DNA of 64,000 bases. It comes from Calditrichales bacterium (GTDB lineage Bacteria > Calditrichota > Calditrichia > Calditrichales > J004). Of this stretch, positions 59,501-64,000 are shown piece after piece. The notes below the pieces were generated by a model, which did not search any database, was not told the origin of the DNA, and was given only the letters and a program-made list of their open reading frames with translations. The position numbers and the translations under genes were made by a program. Every line of letters begins with the position of its first letter. Position 1 is the first letter of the stretch. Where the stretch lies: positions 4,096,001 to 4,160,000 of the forward strand of contig OZ254086.1 in assembly GCA_965267575.1 (NCBI GenBank), given 5' to 3'.

Positions 59501-60011
59501 ACCGGCGGCATTTATGCAGCTTGATAAAATGCCGCTTACACCCAACGGCAAAATCGACCGTAAAGCGTTGCCCGAACCGGGACATGACCGCAGCCAGCTT
59601 AGCCATGAATATGTTGCACCGCGCAATGAGCATGAAAAGACCGTAGCGGCAATCATCGGCGAACTGCTGAATATTGAGCTTGTTGGAGTTCACGACAACT
59701 TTTTCGAGCTGGGCGGCCATTCGCTGTTGGCGACAAAATTTGTCTCACGCGCGCGGGACGAGCTCAGTGTGGAACTGCCTTTGCGTGCGCTGTTTGAAAA
59801 CCCCACCGTGGAGGGAGTAGCCCTGGCCCTGGCCGGACCGGAAGTCCGGCGCGTGGACGAAGACGAGCCTGAAATTGAGGCAGCCGAGCGCGGCGATGAA
59901 GATCTCTCGGCACTGCTTGGCGAACTGGAGGGGCTTTCCGAGGAAGAAGTACGCGCACTGTTGGATGAAGAAGATGAAAACAAGGAAGGAGACGACAAGA
60001 TCAATGGCTGA
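53520..60011 (+). CDS. NRPS: C(DCL-type)-A(Asn)-PCP-C-A(Phe)-PCP
   Basis: EDIYPLSPMQQGMLFH, HHVILDGWS; codes DATKVGEVGK and DAWTIAAVCK; two GGHS carriers. Confidence 0.93.
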   Translation: MSTKAAARKNVEDIYPLSPMQQGMLFHSILEPDSATYHEQLYFVLNGELDQSAFKKALNALVDRHPVLRTAMVYKKRDKMLQVVHRELKFPLHALDWRDKSESDRRTAFKQLLQSDRQEGFNLSKAPLARMTLIRYDEDRWQVLWSNHHVILDGWSNPILMAELFALYEAQRTDADFALPPARPYREYIAWLNKQEPQKAASFWKNTLQDFAEPTSVPADSPAGKAGEGEQACDTVEIKLNPDINKKLKTLAQQNHLTINTLVQGAWALLLAQYSRSNDVVFGATVSGRPPEIPGVESMVGLFINTLPLRVKISPKEKVASWLKRIQQQSVAIRDFEYSSLADVQRQSGIDAGQALFDSIVVFENFPVDQSLKEAKTSIRISDFDSYEQTNFPLVLVASSQDETLLELTYRRDMYRQSGARRILEQVNTLLEKFADNPGARLAEINLLRDAERSLLLEEYNATRPAHPLAQKDAKTLIENAAQKYAEETAVIFDGGSQKLSYDQLNRQANRLAHFLIQNGVGPESRVGLILRRGPQMISTIWAVIKSGAAYVPLDAGYPAERLHYIAGDAGMTMLLRDNSEDTSILDKAIAQIIDVTSLAMEDLPETNPQISILPQQLVYMIYTSGSTGRPKGTLITHGGLLHYLSWTKQAYPLDQGCGSLLHSTISFDATVTALFAPLLTGKAITLADHGDDLEALSKALLRQKDFSLVKITPAHMEMLSHQIPADKAAGLSKAFVIGGENLTARQIEFWQKYAPGMHLFNEYGPTETVVGCVVYDAARWQGRGSVPIGRAIPNSPVYVLDEQLQPVAHGVPGELYISGNGVARGYHRRPALTAERFLPDPFSKSAGARIYRSGDLVRWQDDGQLIFLGRIDDQVKIRGYRIETGEIESILGEMEGIETCAVVARTNKAGDAYLAAYYISRNDKQEQTLRDELKKALPDYMIPAVFVSIDAIPLTANGKVDRRALPLPQMEGKTKAYVAPRNAAEELLATIWQEILGIGRIGIHDNFFELGGHSLTATRLISRIRQSFEVELPLKDVFDASTIAQLAEIVERLRSSGKSTLPPIEPISREGDIPVSLPQQRLWFIDQFSPGNFAYNIPFAVKIDGELDKEVLEESFQRVIQRHEILRTRFVNRKGEPFQEIEDNLDINLSLKDLSENQPDKRDELVKNILREDARHTFSLEQLPLFKVRLIRLEKNAHILSAVMHHIISDGWSMNVLVHELMAQYSAIKKEESARLPALPIQYADYAAWQRSRLQGEVLEKQLDYWKAHIGLNPPVLELQADYPRPAVQTFNGRNVDFELDATLTNAINAYCRKEGVTLFMLLLAAWQSLLRRYSGQEQVLVGSPVSGRQHGQTEELIGFFVNTILLRADFSEKPVFKQLLRQVRDNVLNAYAHQDIPFEQLVDLLQPERDMAHPPLFQAAFILQNRPQALAETAGLTFSPVEPDSAVAKVDISLYCAESDDRILARLEYNADIFRAETIERMRDHLLNFLRSALQKPDLPVSRINMLPDDERRLLLQEWNDTQSAFDAGQTVPGRFEQWVEKQPQHPALSFKGVDRSYAEVNGNANRLAHYLREAGVGPESIVGICMERSFEMVEAMLAILKAGGAYLPLDPGYPDERLHYMIEDSGAQAVVTQNELAGRLEKSGCKIVIADSSQMHSYSKDNPERLNGPYNLAYLIYTSGSTGKPKGTMLAQRGAINLAGEQKKAFSIEPHSRILQFASLSFDAATWEMLMALMNCATLHLVERDVLASGDQLVNTLADQKITTITLPPSVLAVWPEDARLPDLKTIITAGEKCPAELVKRWQPGRQFVNAYGPTETTVCASIYETSAQEENDPPIGKNLGNFELYVLDGNLELLPIGVPGELCVGGVGLARGYLKRPALTAEKFIPHPFSKNHGERLYRTGDLVRRLADGNIEFLGRIDQQVKLRGFRIELGEIENAIRDKLPQTKDVLVMVRGEKESEKKLTAYIVAGNELDVPALRSDLGKVLPDYMIPAAFMQLDKMPLTPNGKIDRKALPEPGHDRSQLSHEYVAPRNEHEKTVAAIIGELLNIELVGVHDNFFELGGHSLLATKFVSRARDELSVELPLRALFENPTVEGVALALAGPEVRRVDEDEPEIEAAERGDEDLSALLGELEGLSEEEVRALLDEEDENKEGDDKING

Positions 60012-63000
60012 TCTGGAAAAAACGCTGGCAGCACTCTCACCGGAAAAACGTCGTCTTCTGGAACTGAAACTGAAGCAGAAAGGCGCCGCGTTCAATACGT
60101 TTCCCCTCTCCTACGCGCAGCAACGCATCTGGTTTATCGACCAGATGAATCCGGGCAACCCGGCCTATAACATTCCTGTTGTTTTGCGCCTCAGGGGCGA
60201 GTTGAATGAGCGGGCGTTTAATAAGGCCATAGAAACGATCATTCAGCGGCATGAGTCTCTGCGCACCACCTTCAGTACGGTGTCCGGCAAAGGCGTTCAG
60301 GTTGTGCATAAGGAAAGCAAAATCGATATCGAACGGGACGACCTGAGCCGGTTGAGCCAGCAACAAATCCTCGGAAAAGTAAAAGAGCGCGTTCAGGCTT
60401 CTTTTAACCTGGGTAAAGGACCGCTGGGCCGCATCAGCCTTTTCCGTGTGAAATCCGACGAGCACATCCTCGTAGTCGTTAAACACCACATCATCAGCGA
60501 CGGCTGGTCTATGGGCGTGCTGGTCAACGAATTCAGCCATCTTTACAACGCCTTTGCGCAAAACCGCGAGCACGATCTGCCGGCCTTAAAAATACAGTAT
60601 GCCGACTACGCCAAATGGCAGCGAGAATGGTTAAGCGGAGAACGTCGCGAAACACAGATGTCCTTTTGGAAAGATGTTTTGCGCCATGTGCCTGTGTTGC
60701 AAATCCCCACGGATTTCGCACGGCCAACCACCATGACCACAAACGGGGCGACGGTCGGCGCCGATATTGATCGCGAGGTCTGGGAAAAGCTGCGTGAAAC
60801 CGGCCGCAGCGAAGGCGCCACCAACTTTATGGTGCTTCTGTCTATTTACGCCATCCTGCTGATGCGCGCCTCCGGCCAGAACGATTTCTGCATCGGTACG
60901 CCCGTGGCCAACCGCAACCGCAGCAACGTTGAAGGACTGATTGGCTTTTTTGTCAATATGCTGGCCTTGCGTTTACGCCCGGAAAAACAACACTCCTTCC
61001 GTGATGTACTGAAGCAGGTAAAACAGATCACGCTGGACGCCTTCGCGCACCAGGATATGCCCTTCGAAATGCTGGTGGAAGAGATACAGCCGGAACGCAG
61101 CCTGAACCATACACCCATTTTTCAAACCACGTTCAGCCATACCAAAGCCGGCGACTTGAAGCCGGACATAGAGGGCCTGGAAATAGAAGAAGTCGAGCCG
61201 GAGAATTTCAGCTCCAAATTTGATCTGGCGCTGGCAACCACGGAGATGGACGGGCGCCTGCTGGTTGGCCTGACTTACAACAGCGACCTTTGGTCAGAAC
61301 ATCGCATGCGCCGTTTCGCCGCACAATTCGTGCATCTTGCCAAAAGTCTGGCGCAAGAGCCGCACAGGCCCTGTGCTGAAGTGGCTTTTCTTTCCGCGGA
61401 AGAAAAAAAGACGGTTCTCGGATTCGCCGGCGCTGAAAGCGACTTTAAACCCCGTCCGGCGCTGCTGGAGCTTTTTGCAGAAAACGCGGGAACCCATGGC
61501 GCACAACCGGCGGTTGTTTACGAAGACAAACAACTGACCTTTGGCGAGCTGCGGATACAATCAAACAAGCTGGCCCATTATCTTCTGCAAAAAGGTGTCA
61601 AAGCCGAGAGCCGCGTGGCCGTATTGCTTGATCGTTCTGTGGAAATTGTCACAGCGATTCTGGCCACCTGGAAAGCCGGCGCCGCATATGTGCCGGTAGA
61701 CCCCAATTACCCGGCAGAACGGGTCAACATGATACTGGAAGACGCGCAGCCACAGGCGGTTTTGACAACCAGGGAACTGGCCGAACTCTTTAAGCTGAAC
61801 AATGAAAGCGTTTTTGCCTTTGATGATTTTACGGAGTGGCCAAAGCTGCCTGAAAGCGATCCGAACATCCAGCGGGACACGCGGGGCAGCGCCTATGTTA
61901 TTTTCACATCCGGCTCCACCGGCCGCCCGAAAGGCGTTGTCATCAGCGACGGCAGCCTGTTGAACCTGGCTGAGAACCTGCACAAAACCGTTTATGAGCC
62001 CCTTGGCAACGCGCCCAAACGCATCTCCCTTAACGCGCCAATCGCCTTTGACGCCTCGGTTCAGCAGCTGGTGATGGTCTGCTACGGTCACCAACTTCAT
62101 ATCATGCCGCAGGAAACGCGTGCCGACGGCGCTGCAATGGTAGAATACATCCGCAAACACAAGCTGCAGGTAGTGGATTGTGTTCCGGTCCAGTTGCGCC
62201 TGATGCTGAATCATGGTCTGCTGGATGGCAGCCGGTGGCGTCCCGAGGCGGTGCTGCCCGGCGGCGAGGCCATAGATGAGCAGGTCTGGAAAAAAATAAA
62301 CAGCCAAAATGCCGTGCGCTTTTTTAATGTCTATGGCCCTACGGAATGCAGTGTTGACTCCAGCATCTTTGATTGCAGCCGCTATCCGGCCAAACCTGTA
62401 ATCGGCCGGTCTGTATCTGCCGCGCGCTATTATATCCTGGACGAAAATTTGCAGCTTTTACCGATCGGGACGCCGGGCGAATTGTACATTGCCGGAAACG
62501 GTCTGGCGCGCGGCTACCTGGGCAATCCGGCGATGACCGCAGAAAAGTTTTTGCCCGATCCGTTTGCCGGGATTGCGGGTGCGCGCATGTACGCCTCCGG
62601 GGACAGAGCGCGCTGGCTGGAGAACGGTTTCGCCGAGGTATTGGGGCGTGTGGACAGCCAGGTCAAAGTGCGCGGATTCCGCATCGAGCTGGGCGAAATT
62701 GAATCTGCCCTGCAAAAGCATGAAGCCGTAAAACATCCCGCCGTTGTGGCCCGCAAGGATGACAATGGCACTTCCACGCTCTTGGCCTACCTGGAAGCAC
62801 AGGGCAAAAAGCCGGAGGTATCGGATCTGCGTATCTATCTGCGCGAACTTTTGCCAGATTATATGGTGCCCGCCGGATACGTCATCCTGGAGAAAATGCC
62901 GCTTACGCCAAACGGCAAAATCGACCGGAGCGCCCTGCCCGACCCGACAGGCATCGAAGAGCAAAGCGCGCAATATGTGGCACCTCGCGATGAAACCGAA

Positions 63001-64000
63001 CAAAAACTGGCAGCGATTTTTGCGGAAATACTAAAAAAAGAGCGGGTCGGTGCGACGGATAATTTTTTCGACCTGGGCGGGCATTCGCTGCTGGCAACGC
63101 AGCTTGTCTCCAAAATACGCGACGTCTTTAAAGTCGGGCTTTCTTTACAACAGCTCTTTGAAAATCCAAGTGTAGAAGCGCTTGCGCGACAAATAACTTC
63201 GGCCAAGGAAGCCGTCAGCATTGATATACCGAAAGCAAACCGCGACAAGGACCTGCCGCTTTCATACGCGCAGCAACGCCTGTGGTTTTTATACAAAATG
63301 ACGCCGGACAGCGCTGTTTATAACATCCCCATGGCTCTGCGTTTGAAGGGACAACTGGACATCAGCATCGTTGAACGAGTCGTTTCGGCGATCGCCCAGC
63401 GTCACGATATTCTGCGTACCACCTTTGTAGAAAAAGATGGGCAGCCCGTGCAAACGGTCGGCAGTCACAGCCAGGTTGCCTTTAAATACACTGACCTGAG
63501 CGAACAAGAGGATGCATTATCGGAGGCACAAAAATTAACGGCTCGGCTGGCGGCAACACCGTTTGATCTTGAAAACGGCCCGCTGGGCAAAGTCGAGATC
63601 ATGAAGATTGCTGAAGACGATCATGTGCTGACGGTTGTATTGCACCACATTATTTCCGACGGCTGGTCTTCCGGCCTTTTTGAGGAGGAATTCATAGCAT
63701 TTTACAGCGCCTTTTCCAGCGGCCGCGAAGCCACCCTGCCGCAGTTGGAGATACAATATGCCGACTACTCGGCCTGGCAGCGTGAAACGATCACCGAAAA
63801 GGGCCTGGCAAAGCAGATCGCATTCTGGGAAAAGCACATAGGTCAGAATCCTCCGCGGCTTAACCTGCCCACCGACTATCCAAGGCCGGAGGTCAAAACC
63901 ACCCATGGCGCGATCGTTGAAAAAATACTTTCCAAAGCTCTGCTGGATAAACTGCGCAAGCGCGCCCGCGAGCTGGATGTGACACCCTTTATGTTTTTAA
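60004..64000 (+). CDS. NRPS, 3'-truncated by the window: C-A(Gln)-PCP-C...
   Basis: Not in the ORF track. ATG at 60004 overlaps the previous stop and follows AAGGAG; segments translated by hand give MADLEKTLAALSPEKRRLLELKL..LSYAQQRIWF, HHIISDGWS, FTSGSTGRPKG, code DAQDLGVVDK, GGHSLL, then LSYAQQRLWF and HHIISDGWS. Confidence 0.92.
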   Translation, partial: MADLEKTLAALSPEKRRLLELKLKQKGAAFNTFPLSYAQQRIWFIDQMNPGNPAYNIPVVLRLRGELNERAFNKAIETIIQRHESLRTTFSTVSGKGVQVVHKESKIDIERDDLSRLSQQQILGKVKERVQASFNLGKGPLGRISLFRVKSDEHILVVVKHHIISDGWSMGVLVNEFSHLYNAFAQNREHDLPALKIQYADYAKWQREWLSGERRETQMSFWKDVLRHVPVLQIPTDFARPTTMTTNGATVGADIDREVWEKLRETGRSEGATNFMVLLSIYAILLMRASGQNDFCIGTPVANRNRSNVEGLIGFFVNMLALRLRPEKQHSFRDVLKQVKQITLDAFAHQDMPFEMLVEEIQPERSLNHTPIFQTTFSHTKAGDLKPDIEGLEIEEVEPENFSSKFDLALATTEMDGRLLVGLTYNSDLWSEHRMRRFAAQFVHLAKSLAQEPHRPCAEVAFLSAEEKKTVLGFAGAESDFKPRPALLELFAENAGTHGAQPAVVYEDKQLTFGELRIQSNKLAHYLLQKGVKAESRVAVLLDRSVEIVTAILATWKAGAAYVPVDPNYPAERVNMILEDAQPQAVLTTRELAELFKLNNESVFAFDDFTEWPKLPESDPNIQRDTRGSAYVIFTSGSTGRPKGVVISDGSLLNLAENLHKTVYEPLGNAPKRISLNAPIAFDASVQQLVMVCYGHQLHIMPQETRADGAAMVEYIRKHKLQVVDCVPVQLRLMLNHGLLDGSRWRPEAVLPGGEAIDEQVWKKINSQNAVRFFNVYGPTECSVDSSIFDCSRYPAKPVIGRSVSAARYYILDENLQLLPIGTPGELYIAGNGLARGYLGNPAMTAEKFLPDPFAGIAGARMYASGDRARWLENGFAEVLGRVDSQVKVRGFRIELGEIESALQKHEAVKHPAVVARKDDNGTSTLLAYLEAQGKKPEVSDLRIYLRELLPDYMVPAGYVILEKMPLTPNGKIDRSALPDPTGIEEQSAQYVAPRDETEQKLAAIFAEILKKERVGATDNFFDLGGHSLLATQLVSKIRDVFKVGLSLQQLFENPSVEALARQITSAKEAVSIDIPKANRDKDLPLSYAQQRLWFLYKMTPDSAVYNIPMALRLKGQLDISIVERVVSAIAQRHDILRTTFVEKDGQPVQTVGSHSQVAFKYTDLSEQEDALSEAQKLTARLAATPFDLENGPLGKVEIMKIAEDDHVLTVVLHHIISDGWSSGLFEEEFIAFYSAFSSGREATLPQLEIQYADYSAWQRETITEKGLAKQIAFWEKHIGQNPPRLNLPTDYPRPEVKTTHGAIVEKILSKALLDKLRKRARELDVTPFMFL

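Noticed and set aside
60037..63906. Apparent region of short ORFs or a pseudogene at the window end
   Set aside because: The translated segments all fall in one NRPS frame from 60004, which the track omits only because its stop lies outside the window.
41198..64000. Nucleotide repeats among NRPS modules as mobile or repeat elements
   Set aside because: They correspond to conserved C, A and PCP core motifs.

Overview
Bacterial genomic window with three parts. (1) 42-7170, accessory: a receptor-type Ser/Thr kinase with an extracellular beta-propeller sensor, facing a tandem array of three paralogous, mosaic lipoprotein genes. Each lipoprotein gene is bracketed by the same two short DNA motifs, one a REP-like hairpin. 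(2) 7210-23683, minus-strand housekeeping genes: polA, mutS2, cvpA, yqeY, rpsU, a TPR protein, a two-component pair, efp, a GNAT-like protein plus a Zn-dependent deacetylase directly upstream of efp, ansA and ppdK. (3) 24025 to the window end, plus strand: an AraC regulator followed by a hybrid FAAL-PKS-NRPS lipopeptide assembly line of more than 39 kb that runs off the window. Specificity codes read by eye predict acyl(+C2)-Tyr-(malonate/KR, statine-like)-Arg-Val-D-Ser-Asn-Phe-Gln-..., and a CurM/Ols-type sulfotransferase domain sits between a PCP and a C domain. The sixth synthetase gene (from 60004) is missing from the supplied ORF track because it has no stop in the window. The gene content is reminiscent of Calditrichota/FCB-type bacteria, but this is an unverified impression. 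No database searches were run; all domain calls come from motif recognition.
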